A stretch of DNA of 64,000 nt, taken from positions 51,269-115,268 of the forward strand of contig CATXXC010000003.1 of assembly GCA_958403385.1 (NCBI GenBank), written 5' to 3'. The DNA comes from an uncultured Collinsella sp. (lineage in GTDB: Bacteria; Actinomycetota; Coriobacteriia; Coriobacteriales; Coriobacteriaceae). A model generated the notes under the pieces. It ran no database searches. It was not told the origin of the DNA and saw only the letters and a list, made by a program, of their open reading frames with translations. Both the position numbers and the translations under genes were made by a program. Positions 1 through 8,505 of the stretch are shown here, in pieces. The first letter of the stretch is position 1; each line of letters opens with the position of its first letter.

Positions 1-438
1 CATAAAGATGACCGGGCGGTCGGGGTTGTGCTCGGCAATATCGAGCGCATTGAGTGGCGAGTAGACGATGTGGATGTCGCGTCCGGCTGCCTTTTGCGCG
101 GCAAGCGAGGTAGACGATCCGGGCACGCGCATCATGTCACCAAAGGTAGTGATGATGGCGCCGTCCATCTTGGCGAGTGCGATTGCGTGGTCGATGTCGC
201 GGTTCGCGGTAACGCAGACGGGGCAGCCCGGGCCGCTCAACAGTTTGAGCCCCGCCGGCATAATGGAGCGAAAACCATAGCGGCCAATGCTCACGGTATG
301 CGTGCCGCAGACTTCCATAAGGTTGATGCTGCGGTCGCCGACAAGCTCATGAATGCGGTCGATGAGCTCGCGAGCGAGCCGTGGGTCGCGGAATGCCGAA
401 AAGTCGATACCGGAGTGAACCGGTTGCGCCGCCGCCAC
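1..438 (-). CDS. hypD: Hydrogenase maturation protein HypD, N-terminal 146 codons (3' end lies beyond the left window edge)
   Basis: Minus-strand translation from GTG at 438 reads VAAAQPVHSGIDFSAFRDPRLARELIDRIHELVGDRSINLMEVCGTHTVSIGRYGFRSIMPAGLKLLSGPGCPVCVTANRDIDHAIALAK..., a HypD-type N-terminus with CGTH and GPGCPVC motifs. The GTG overlaps the hypC stop (TAGTG). It is absent from the ORF track because no stop lies in the window. Confidence 0.9.
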   Translation of the reverse strand, partial: MAAAQPVHSGIDFSAFRDPRLARELIDRIHELVGDRSINLMEVCGTHTVSIGRYGFRSIMPAGLKLLSGPGCPVCVTANRDIDHAIALAKMDGAIITTFGDMMRVPGSSTSLAAQKAAGRDIHIVYSPLNALDIAEHNPDRPVIFM

Positions 439-698
439 TAGTATGCCTCGGCCGGGTTGGTGGCGAGCTGGTCCTCTTCGACCAGCTCGGTCATGGCGTT
501 GACGAGTTCGAGCGTCTCCTTCGCTTCTTGCTCGTCGACAATCTGGATGCCAAAGCCGGCGTGTACGAGAACATAGTCACCTACTTGTGCCGTCGGCACA
601 AGTCGCAGCGACACGGGGCGCTCGATGCCCATCATGTCGACGGTCGCCTTTAGGCCGTCGTCGCGTTTGACCACTTTACCGGGAACGGCAAGGCACAT
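438..698 (-). CDS. hypC: Hydrogenase assembly chaperone HypC/HupF
   Basis: 86-aa ORF beginning MCLAVPGKV (N-terminal Cys2 typical of HypC). Size and position directly upstream of hypD fit. Confidence 0.92.
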   Translation of the reverse strand: MCLAVPGKVVKRDDGLKATVDMMGIERPVSLRLVPTAQVGDYVLVHAGFGIQIVDEQEAKETLELVNAMTELVEEDQLATNPAEAY

Positions 699-829
699 AA
701 TGTTCCCCTTTTATACGCTTTGCGCTGGATAGGCGCTTAATAATCCATCAGTTGATGGTAGCGCTCGCGGGGGTTGCGGGCAAACGCGTTACACCTGTGA
801 GACGGCGGCTTGCGGGCTGGCCGAACAGC

Positions 830-3301
830 CTATTGTGGCGCGACCTGTGCGAGGCGAGTGCGTGCGACTGCTGCCTGACCGTAGGCGATGCAGCCGTCAT
901 TGACGGGTACGGTGTGGGGGACAAGGACAGTAAAGCCTGCGCTTTTGAGCTCGCGGGTGAGAAGCTGAAGCAGAAGTCGGTTCATGAACACGCCGCCCGA
1001 GAGCGCGACGGTGTCGATGCCCTTGTGCACGCAGATATCGCTGGCGATGCGCGCCGAGGAGCGCGCGACGGCGACATGGAAATCGAGTGCGAGCCTGTCG
1101 GCGGGCGCTCCGGCTTCAATTCCTCCCAAAAGTGCCTCAAAGAGCGCTTTCTGGTCCAGAACATAGGGGCCGTCCAGCCACGATGGGCCAGATGCGAAAT
1201 AGCCGGCGTTGTCGTCGGGAAAATGGGCGATTTCGTTGTCGAGCGCGCGCCAGGCGGCGGCTTCGAGTTCTATGGCGGGTTCGCCCTCGTAGGTTGCCTT
1301 GTCGCAGATGCCCAGAATTGTTGCCGCGGCATCAAAGAGACGCCCCATGCTGCTGGTACGCGGGCTGTTGATGCCGCGCTCGATCATGATGGCTGTCACG
1401 CTGCGCGTTTGCTCGCCGAGGCTGTCCAAAAGCCGAGCGGTACCTGGGTGCTCGAGCAGGCCGAGCTCACTGAGCAGGGCAAAGGCGTTGCGGCGGGCGT
1501 CGCGCACGGAGGCCGCCCCACCGGGGAGCGCCCAGGTGTGCAAATGCGCGGCGCGCTCAAAGCCGCCAAGGCTGGCAACAAGAAACTCGCCGCCCCAAAT
1601 GGTCCCATCGGTGCCGGCGCCGGTGCCGTCAAAGGCGATGCCAAGGACGCGCGCGTCGGTTGTAAGCTGGCCAGCGGCGATGGCCTCGGCCATTACGCTC
1701 GCGATATGTGCATGATGGTGCTGCACCTCGACGAGCGGCAGATTGCATTTTCGCGTCTGCTCGCGCGCCCACTGGCTCGATAGATAGCTGGGGTGCACAT
1801 CGCAGGCCAAAGCGGCGGGCGCCAAGTCAAAGAGATCTTCCAAGCGCGTGCGCGCGGCGTTCCAGGCATCGAAGGTTTCGCCGTTTTCAACATCGCCGAT
1901 ATGCTGCGACACAAAACAGGTCGCTTCGCCGTTCGTCCCTTCACGCGTGAGCGCAATCGTGGCCTTTTGTTGCGGCCCGCAGGCGAGTACGCAGGACGGA
2001 GCGCCGTCGAGCGCCGGCAACGACAGCGGTTGCGGCGCATATCCGCGTGCACGACGTACGGGCATGACGTCGCCGTCGACCACGTGTACCACGGAGTCGT
2101 CGTAGCGCGACAGGATCGCGCGGTCGTTGCCGAGCAGCGCGTCGGCGATGCCGGCGGCAACGAGATGCTCCCATGCAAGGGCGTCGTCGGTCTCGATGGG
2201 CTCTTCGCTCAGGTTTCCGCTGGTCATGACGAGCGCGTGCATACCGTGTGACGCGGCAGCTGCAAGCAGAAGATGCTGAAGCGGGGTGTAGGGGAGCATA
2301 ACGCCAAGCTCGGGCAGGTCGCGCGCGACGGACGGTGCGAGTACGAGGGCGTCGGAAGAATCGCCGTCGTTCCCGCAAACAGCCCGCCGGCGCAGCAGCA
2401 CGATGGGGCGGATACTGCCGGCGAGCAGATCGCGTTCAGCATCGTCGATATGGCACAGGCGCCCGGCATCGGCAAGACTGCGCACCATGACGGCAAGCGG
2501 CTTATTGCTGCGACGCTTGCGACGGCGCAGCTCGGCCACCGCCTGCTCGTTGGCAGCGTCACAGGATAGATGGAATCCGCCCAGGCCCTTGATGGCGACG
2601 ATGCCACCGCTGGCCAGCAGCTCAACGCAGCGCTCGATGATAGCGTCGCTGGCCTCGCGTGTGGTGCCGACGGCCGGTGTCGCGGACGAATTCCCGCACG
2701 CATCGCCGTTCACAGCCTCGCGCCACGTAATATGCGGCCCGCAATCAAAGCAGGCATCGGGTTGCGCGTGAAAACGCCGGTCGAGTGGGTCGGCATACTC
2801 CGCGGCACACCTGGGACACATGGGAAAACAATCCATCGACGTGGCCGCTCGGTCATAAGGCAACGATCGGATGATGGTAAAGCGTGGCCCGCAGTTAGTG
2901 CAGTTGATAAAGGGGTAGTGATAGCGTCGGTCGGCGGGATCGAACAATTCGCGCAAGCAATCGTTGCAGGTGGCGATATCGGGCGAGACAAGCGTCGTGT
3001 GCGCGGTCTGGTCCTGCGATGCTACGATGCGAAAGCCCTGTTCGTTGGCGGCATCCCAACCGTTGGCTGCCAAGTCCACAACCTCGACATGCTCTACGCG
3101 GGCTGCCGCAGGCGCATGCTCAGAAAGCGCGGCAACAAAAGCATCGAGTGCATCGGCCGGAGCGTGCACCTCGATATGCACGCCGTCGCCCGCATTGAGC
3201 ACCCATCCGCAAATGCCATGCGCCATGGCCTCGCGATACACAAACGGTCGCATGCCAACGCCCTGTACAATGCCCGTCACATGAATATGCACATGCCGCA
3301 T
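830..3301 (-). CDS. hypF: [NiFe]-hydrogenase maturation carbamoyltransferase HypF
   Basis: Acylphosphatase-like N-terminus (VTGIVQGVGMRPFVYREA), two zinc-finger pairs (CNDC..CTNCGPRF; CPRC..CFDCGP), then YrdC-like and Kae1-like regions. Start set at ATG 3301 (GAGGGG 7 nt upstream) rather than the track start at 3328. Confidence 0.93.
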   Translation of the reverse strand: MRHVHIHVTGIVQGVGMRPFVYREAMAHGICGWVLNAGDGVHIEVHAPADALDAFVAALSEHAPAAARVEHVEVVDLAANGWDAANEQGFRIVASQDQTAHTTLVSPDIATCNDCLRELFDPADRRYHYPFINCTNCGPRFTIIRSLPYDRAATSMDCFPMCPRCAAEYADPLDRRFHAQPDACFDCGPHITWREAVNGDACGNSSATPAVGTTREASDAIIERCVELLASGGIVAIKGLGGFHLSCDAANEQAVAELRRRKRRSNKPLAVMVRSLADAGRLCHIDDAERDLLAGSIRPIVLLRRRAVCGNDGDSSDALVLAPSVARDLPELGVMLPYTPLQHLLLAAAASHGMHALVMTSGNLSEEPIETDDALAWEHLVAAGIADALLGNDRAILSRYDDSVVHVVDGDVMPVRRARGYAPQPLSLPALDGAPSCVLACGPQQKATIALTREGTNGEATCFVSQHIGDVENGETFDAWNAARTRLEDLFDLAPAALACDVHPSYLSSQWAREQTRKCNLPLVEVQHHHAHIASVMAEAIAAGQLTTDARVLGIAFDGTGAGTDGTIWGGEFLVASLGGFERAAHLHTWALPGGAASVRDARRNAFALLSELGLLEHPGTARLLDSLGEQTRSVTAIMIERGINSPRTSSMGRLFDAAATILGICDKATYEGEPAIELEAAAWRALDNEIAHFPDDNAGYFASGPSWLDGPYVLDQKALFEALLGGIEAGAPADRLALDFHVAVARSSARIASDICVHKGIDTVALSGGVFMNRLLLQLLTRELKSAGFTVLVPHTVPVNDGCIAYGQAAVARTRLAQVAPQ

Positions 3302-3324
3302 GCGACACCCCTCATCAAAACCGA

Positions 3325-3398
3325 CCAAAAAAGGACAGGTTTATTTTGGTAGGTAAAACGCTAAACCTGCCAAAACAAACCTGTCCCTTTTTGGCAGG
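3325..3398. repeat. Palindromic intergenic element: two inverted 29-nt units with a GGACAGGTTT core; probable nikR terminator
   Basis: ccaaaaaaggacaggtttattttggtagg (3325-3353) and cctgccaaaacaaacctgtccctttttgg (3366-3394) are reverse complements with 3 mismatches. The right unit alone forms a 10-bp stem (cctgccaaaa/ttttggcagg). The element lies between the nikR stop and the hypF start. Confidence 0.75.
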
Positions 3399-3417
3399 TG
3401 CGCTGCGGGAAATTCCG

Positions 3418-3930
3418 CTACAGCCCCAGGCTCTGCTTGGTGGCGGCGCACGTGAGCTCGCCGTGCTTAACGCCGCGCAGGCCCAGCAGACGGTCGGCTA
3501 GTTCGTAGACGCGCTCGCCGCGACCCTTGAGCGCCAGAATCTCCAAGCAGTTGTGGTGATCCAAATGCACGTGCATCGTCGATACGATCTCGTCGGTGTA
3601 GTCGTGCTGCACCTCGTCCAGGCGGCGCGTCAGATCGCCGGTGTGATGGTCGTAGATCATGGTGAGCGACCCGATAACATGCTCATCGGGCGTGCGCATC
3701 TGCTCCTTGGCGATCGAGGCGCGAATCAGGTCGCGCACGGCCTCGGAGCGGTTGGCCACATCGCCGCGGCGCGCGATCTGCTCGTCAAAACGGCGCAGCA
3801 GGTCGTCGGGTGCGGTAACCGAAAAACGGACCAGCTCGGAGCCGGAGCCACTACAGCGGCAGCCCGCGTCACCGTCCGCCCCGTGCGGATGCTCGTGCTC
3901 GTACCCGCAGCAGTGCTCGTGTTCGGCCAC
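3418..3930 (-). CDS. nikR: Nickel-responsive regulator NikR (ribbon-helix-helix + metal-binding C-domain) with a His/Cys-rich N-terminal extension
   Basis: CopG/RHH segment SELVRFSVTAPDDLLRRFDEQIARRGDVANRSEAVRDLIR, followed by a NikR-type C-domain (SLTMIYDHHTGDL.., STMHVHLDHHNCLEILALKG). GTG start. N-terminus reads MAEHEHCCGYEHEHPHGADGDAGCRC. Confidence 0.85.
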   Translation of the reverse strand: MAEHEHCCGYEHEHPHGADGDAGCRCSGSGSELVRFSVTAPDDLLRRFDEQIARRGDVANRSEAVRDLIRASIAKEQMRTPDEHVIGSLTMIYDHHTGDLTRRLDEVQHDYTDEIVSTMHVHLDHHNCLEILALKGRGERVYELADRLLGLRGVKHGELTCAATKQSLGL

Positions 3931-3931
3931 C

Positions 3932-4180
3932 TTACACCAGCTTCACGGAGCCGACGGAGTTGTGGTCGGCCTCGATGGCCTCTTCGTAGCCCTCGAGTGC
4001 GTCGTGGGCCTCGTGCAGCGCAGCCATGGCGGCCTCGAGCTTGGCGCCGATGCGCTCCATGTCAAAATTCTCGGTCGCATGCAGCAGCTGATGGCTCCAC
4101 TCGTGAGCGAGCTCGATGGTGTCGTCGACCTGCTTGACGCTCATGGCAAGCTGGCTCATGTTCATTCCAACATCATGCAT
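3932..4180 (-). CDS. Small acidic helical protein of unknown function, co-transcribed with nikR
   Basis: 82-aa ORF with AAGGAG 7 nt upstream of ATG 4180. Its stop lies 1 nt before the nikR start. No family recognised by eye. Confidence 0.55.
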   Translation of the reverse strand: MHDVGMNMSQLAMSVKQVDDTIELAHEWSHQLLHATENFDMERIGAKLEAAMAALHEAHDALEGYEEAIEADHNSVGSVKLV

Positions 4181-4401
4181 GGGAAATCTCCTTTTGTATG
4201 GGGCAGTTCAGTGGTTCAGATTTTACTACGCCCGCTCTGCGCGCAGCTGCATAAGAAAACGGGTACGAGTCTGTGCGACCCGCACCCGTTCACTGGGGGC
4301 TGTTTGTGACTACCATATTATCCGTGGTTGCACTCGGTGCATCCAGAAGTCCGGCGAGCGGTGCAAAAGCGCTCATAGACGGCGAGTAAGTAACAAGCGT
4401 A

Positions 4402-4722
4402 TTACAGATGCTTCTCCAGCAGCGCCTGCAGCCTCGCCTTGGGTAGAGCGCCAACCGAGCGGTCAATCTCCTCGCCGTTCTTAAACACAATCAGCGTGGG
4501 GATGCTCATGACGCCATACTTCATGGCCAGGTCCTGGTTGTCGTCGACGTTGCATTTGGCAACGGCAAGCTTGCCTGCCAGCTCATCGGCAACCTCGTCA
4601 ACGATGGGCGAGAGGGATCGACAGGGCCCGCACCACGGTGCCCAAAAATCGACCAGCACGGGCAGGCTGTCGTTAACGATGGAATCGAAGTTCTCGGGGG
4701 TAATCTGCTTAATGTCAGCCAT
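4402..4722 (-). CDS. trxA: Thioredoxin
   Basis: Active site VDFWAPWCGPCRSL. Start moved to ATG 4722 (MADIKQITPENF, GGAGG 6 nt upstream); the track ORF carries a spurious N-terminal extension. Confidence 0.93.
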   Translation of the reverse strand: MADIKQITPENFDSIVNDSLPVLVDFWAPWCGPCRSLSPIVDEVADELAGKLAVAKCNVDDNQDLAMKYGVMSIPTLIVFKNGEEIDRSVGALPKARLQALLEKHL

Positions 4723-4923
4723 GGTGACCTCCATAGTGTGACGCGGCTCGGCCGCGTAAAACTCAGTACGACCGTGCTTATACCCAGCGGCCCGCAAAGC
4801 AACCACTCGCGGGCGGCTCTTTTATCAAAAGCGCCGCAAAACCCCTTTCTTCAGATATGGGGATATAAGGCGCATCGGCGTCAGCCGATATACATATACG
4901 GCTGCAAGTGGTATACTGTTTTC

Positions 4924-5319
4924 ATGGATAGATACAGGAGCAACGACAACATAGTCTGGGACTGCGACTACCATGTGGTCTTCTGCCCGAAATACCGCAG
5001 GAAGGTGCTCGTGGACGGCATCGGCTCCCGCTTCGAGGAGATCGCGCACGAGGTCGCGGAGGAACTCGATTTCGAGATAAGGGAAATCAAGGTCATGCCC
5101 GACCGCGTGCACATGCTCGTCTCAGTCGACCCCCAGTTCGGCATCCACCGGGCCGTGAAGCGCATCAAGGGCAGGACCAGCCACGACCTGCGCGCCGAGT
5201 TCCCGCAGCTGAAGCGCAAGCTGCCGACGCTCTGGACGAACAGCTACTTCGTCTCGACCGTCGGCGGGGCGACGCCCGAGGCCGTCAGGCAGTATATCGA
5301 GGACCAGAGGAACGCGTGA
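4924..5319 (+). CDS. tnpA: IS200/IS605 Y1 (HUH) transposase TnpA
   Basis: MDRYRSNDNIVWDCDYHVVFCPKYRRKVL.. with the HUH motif (MPDRVHMLVSV) and a C-terminal Tyr region (LWTNSYFVSTVGG). Start at ATG 4924, preceded by an extended -10 (TGGTATACT). Confidence 0.92.
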   Translation: MDRYRSNDNIVWDCDYHVVFCPKYRRKVLVDGIGSRFEEIAHEVAEELDFEIREIKVMPDRVHMLVSVDPQFGIHRAVKRIKGRTSHDLRAEFPQLKRKLPTLWTNSYFVSTVGGATPEAVRQYIEDQRNA

Positions 5320-6506
5320 GGGCCATGGACAAGACCTTCGAGTACCGCATATACCCGAGCGCCGAGCAGGAGGCCCTCCTGCAGAAGACCTTCGGCTGCT
5401 GCCGCTGGGTCTACAACAGGGTGCTGGCGATGAGGCGGGACGAGTACGCGTGGACGGGCAAATCGAGGCACATCAACTCCTACATCACCCAGATCCCCGC
5501 CTGGAAGAGGGCGGACGCGCCGTGGCTCTCCGAGGTGGACTCCATGGCACTGCAGCAGTCCCTGCGCGACCTGGACAAGGCATTTAAGAACTTCTTCCGC
5601 GCACCAGGCAAGGTGGGCTTTCCGAAGTTCAAGTCCAAACGCGCGGGGAGGAAGAGCTACCGCACGAACGGCGTCGGGATAATCGACGCCAGGCACGTGA
5701 GGCTGCCAAAGCTGGGGACCGTCAGGGCGCGGGTGAGCCGTCCCGTGGAGGGGCGCGTCCTGTCCGCGACGGTCAAGCAGGTGCCGAGCGGCAAGTACTA
5801 CGTGGCGATATGCTGCGCGGACGTCCCCGCCACGGACGCGCCGGCCCCGACCGTCGGGTTCCTGGGAGTCGATGCGGGAATACACGACATAGCCACCTGC
5901 TCCACGGGGGAGCGCCTGCCCAACCCCAAAAACCTGCAAAGGAGCGAGAGGAGGCTGGCGCGGGAGCAGCGGCGGCTCTCGCGCAAGCGGAAGGGCTCCG
6001 CAAATCGCGCCAGGCAGCGTGTCAGGGTCGCGCGGGCGCACGAGAAGGTTGCCAACCGGCGGAAGGACGCCCTGCACAAGTTCACGACGCATGCGGTGGG
6101 AGAAAGCCAAAACATCGCGGTCGAGGACCTGAACGTCAGGGGCATGCAGAGGAACCGCCGCCTCGCCAAGGCCGTGGGCGATGCCGCCATGTCGGAGCTG
6201 GCGCGCCAGCTCGAGTACAAATGCGCATGGTCGGGGCGCGGCTTCGTAAGGGTGGGCAGGTTCTATCCGTCCAGCAAGACGTGTTCCGCATGCGGTTACG
6301 TCTACAGGGGACTGACGCTGGCCGAACGGGTATGGGACTGCCCCGCGTGCGGCATGCGTCACGACCGCGACCTGAACGCCGCCGTCAACATCGCCCGCGA
6401 GGGAAGGAGAATCCTGGAAGGTACCGCAGGGCATGCGGGAACCGCGGCAGACGCCGCAAACGCTTGTGGAGAGGGCGTAAGACCTACGGCTGCATGCGCA
6501 GTCTAG
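5316..6506 (+). CDS. tnpB: TnpB (IS605 OrfB) RuvC-like RNA-guided nuclease family
   Basis: MDKTFEYRIYPSAEQEALLQKTFGCCRWVYN.. N-terminus. RuvC residues present: LGVDAGIHD, IAVEDLNVRGM, RHDRDLNAAVNI. Zinc finger CSACG..CPACG. Start is GTG 5316 or ATG 5325. Confidence 0.9.
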   Translation: MRAMDKTFEYRIYPSAEQEALLQKTFGCCRWVYNRVLAMRRDEYAWTGKSRHINSYITQIPAWKRADAPWLSEVDSMALQQSLRDLDKAFKNFFRAPGKVGFPKFKSKRAGRKSYRTNGVGIIDARHVRLPKLGTVRARVSRPVEGRVLSATVKQVPSGKYYVAICCADVPATDAPAPTVGFLGVDAGIHDIATCSTGERLPNPKNLQRSERRLAREQRRLSRKRKGSANRARQRVRVARAHEKVANRRKDALHKFTTHAVGESQNIAVEDLNVRGMQRNRRLAKAVGDAAMSELARQLEYKCAWSGRGFVRVGRFYPSSKTCSACGYVYRGLTLAERVWDCPACGMRHDRDLNAAVNIAREGRRILEGTAGHAGTAADAANACGEGVRPTAACAV

Positions 6507-6597
6507 GCAATTCTCGGTGAAGCAAGAATCCCCTGGCTTTAGCCATGGGGAGTGTCAAATAATGGTGGGCACGCAAACGATTGGAGAGCGCATACCT

Positions 6598-7167
6598 ATG
6601 TCACAAAGCCAGAAAAAAGAAGCCATCGCCCAGGCGGCCGAGCAGGAGCTCGCATCGCTTGCGGGTCGTGGCGTGCGCATCGCAGGCAACGCGTGCTCGC
6701 CGATTGTGCTGGTAAAAGGCGATTTGGATGAGGCCGAGCGCTCGGGCGGCGAGCTTGCCGCAGGCGCGGATGGCGCGGCGCTGCGTAAGGCGCTCGGGGC
6801 CATCGGTTATGCGCCCGAGGATTTTTGCGTGCTGGCAAGCGTCGCCGGTGCGGGCGACGGAACGGTGGCGGTGGGCCATGCCCTGCCGTGCGAGCTGTTC
6901 CGCGAGGCGCTCGAGGCGCTGGACCCCGAGGCGGTGCTGTTGCTGGATGATCGTGCGGCCGATACCATGCGCGAGACCTATGCCGATATGCTCGTGGCGA
7001 TCGACGACTTCGACACCGCCATGCTCAAGCCCGGCCTGGTCGCCCATGTGCAAGGGCGCCGCGTGCTCGCGCTCGACGGCTTTGAGGCGGCGCTCACCGA
7101 CAAGGCCGCCAAGCAGCGCATGTGGGCCTACATTAAACAGCTGACTCCGGCCGCCGCGCCGCTGTAG
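6598..7167 (+). CDS. Uracil-DNA glycosylase-superfamily-like protein (degenerate motifs), function unknown
   Basis: Start set at ATG 6598 (GGAGAG upstream). The layout resembles family-4 UDGs (PIVLVKGD..., GAALRKALGAIGYAPEDFCV, PEAVLLLDD, RRVLALDGF), but the GEAPG-type motif is replaced by KGDLD. Call rests on pattern memory only. Confidence 0.4.
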   Translation: MSQSQKKEAIAQAAEQELASLAGRGVRIAGNACSPIVLVKGDLDEAERSGGELAAGADGAALRKALGAIGYAPEDFCVLASVAGAGDGTVAVGHALPCELFREALEALDPEAVLLLDDRAADTMRETYADMLVAIDDFDTAMLKPGLVAHVQGRRVLALDGFEAALTDKAAKQRMWAYIKQLTPAAAPL

Positions 7168-7227
7168 CGGACCGGCGCTGGCAAGGTGGCCCCGGCGGGC
7201 CGAGCATGCCGGCAGCTTGTCGCGTCC

Positions 7228-8505
7228 CTACATCACGGCACGCAGCTCAAATCGGTCGCCGTGAATGCGGAACTGGCAGTTGCCGTTCATGCGCTCGACG
7301 GCGAGCTTAATGCTCTTGGTGCCAAAGCCGTGGCCGGCGTGCTGGGCCACGGGCATGCCGTCAACCATACGCGGCGGGCGGTCAAACGTGTTAGAGACCA
7401 AAAGCAGCAGCTGCCCGTCTTCGTAGCGCAGGTCCAGATCGACGAATCGTTTGCCCTGGGGAGCGGCGCTCGCGGCGACGATGGCGTTGTCCAGGGCATT
7501 CGAGAGCACGCTAAACAGGTCGACATCGGCCACATGGACGTTCTCTGGCACGGCGGCGCGCAGGTCGGCGGTGATACCGTTTCGGTTGATATCGGAGCTA
7601 AATGACGAAAGCACGATGTTGACCGTTTCGTTGGCACAGTAGCGGCGCACGGCGGTGCGGTCGTTTGTCTCACAGAGTTCGTTGATGCGCCCGAGCGCCT
7701 CGTCGACGTGACCCTCTTCGATTAAAACCGCAAGGCCGCGCAGGAAGTGCCGCATGTCATGGCGCAGAACCGAAAGCTCGCGTCCAGATTGACGCCAGGC
7801 TTCGAGCTCTTTGATAGCTGCGCTATCGCGGGTCTCGAGCATCCAACGCTCGCGCTCGGCGGCCTCTTTAGCCTCGTATTCGCGCAGATACACAGCAAGA
7901 AACATAAGGTAGAAAGCGCAAAGCGCAAACGCCAAAAACTCAACGGTCACAACCGAGCCCGAGTGGAACAACGTGGTGTAGACGTTGGTGGCGTAGTCAA
8001 AGATGTAATAGACGAGCGGCAGGATGAGCAGAATCTCGAGCTCGGTAGGGCTTTTGACTGCCAAGCGCGGACCGATGTCGCCGGCCCAGTGCAGCAGGAG
8101 CACAAAGACGGCGACCGTGGTGATAATGCGTGTCGCGTAGTACGCGATTTGCGAGCCGCAGGCGGCGAGCGCGGCGATGCCCATCCAGTTGCTAAATTGG
8201 CAGCTCAGGTATGCGCTGGTGACGCCGAGCATAACGAGCAAAGGGCTCAGCCGATAGCGCGCGCACAGATAGATGACGAGCGGCAGATGCACGACGAGCG
8301 GATACACCTGTCGAGCGAAAAGTTCGCCGCCAAAGACATTGGCGAGCGCAAAGGCGGTACCGGTGAGCACGTCAACCGCGATCAGCTCAAGCGCATGACG
8401 GCGGTTGATCTCGACCCCGCACAGCGCTGCCGAGGCGAAAACGCCAAAGAGCAGGGTCGTTGCGTGGTGGATTGCCCAAAGCAGCATTTCGGCCGTGGGG
8501 AGCAT
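7228..8505 (-). CDS. Membrane sensor histidine kinase, AgrC/ComD-like (HPK10-type, GHKL ATPase)
   Basis: About 6 N-terminal TM helices, H-box LSVLRHDMRHFLRG, N-box VLSNALDNAIVAA, and G-box GHGFGTKSIK near the C-terminus. The ATG overlaps the regulator stop (ATGA). Confidence 0.85.
   Translation of the reverse strand: MLPTAEMLLWAIHHATTLLFGVFASAALCGVEINRRHALELIAVDVLTGTAFALANVFGGELFARQVYPLVVHLPLVIYLCARYRLSPLLVMLGVTSAYLSCQFSNWMGIAALAACGSQIAYYATRIITTVAVFVLLLHWAGDIGPRLAVKSPTELEILLILPLVYYIFDYATNVYTTLFHSGSVVTVEFLAFALCAFYLMFLAVYLREYEAKEAAERERWMLETRDSAAIKELEAWRQSGRELSVLRHDMRHFLRGLAVLIEEGHVDEALGRINELCETNDRTAVRRYCANETVNIVLSSFSSDINRNGITADLRAAVPENVHVADVDLFSVLSNALDNAIVAASAAPQGKRFVDLDLRYEDGQLLLLVSNTFDRPPRMVDGMPVAQHAGHGFGTKSIKLAVERMNGNCQFRIHGDRFELRAVM

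Larger units (their letters stand above)
4830..6558 (+). mobile_element. IS200/IS605-family insertion sequence (tnpA + tnpB); ends approximate
   Basis: Y1 transposase and TnpB genes overlap by 4 nt. Similar subterminal hairpins occur at both ends: cccctttcttcagatatgggg (4842-4862) and cccctggctttagccatgggg (6530-6550). The right end may finish at TCAA (6555-6558). Exact cleavage sites were not determined. Confidence 0.8.

Noticed and set aside
698-830. Possible small gene or RNA in the 131-nt gap between hypF and hypC
   Set aside because: No ORF with an RBS, no strong hairpin or repeat. Treated as an ordinary intergenic spacer.
5244-6434. 396-aa minus-strand ORF of the same length as tnpB
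   Set aside because: It is an antisense shadow of tnpB. It is Pro/Arg/Gly-rich and lacks any transposase or nuclease motif.
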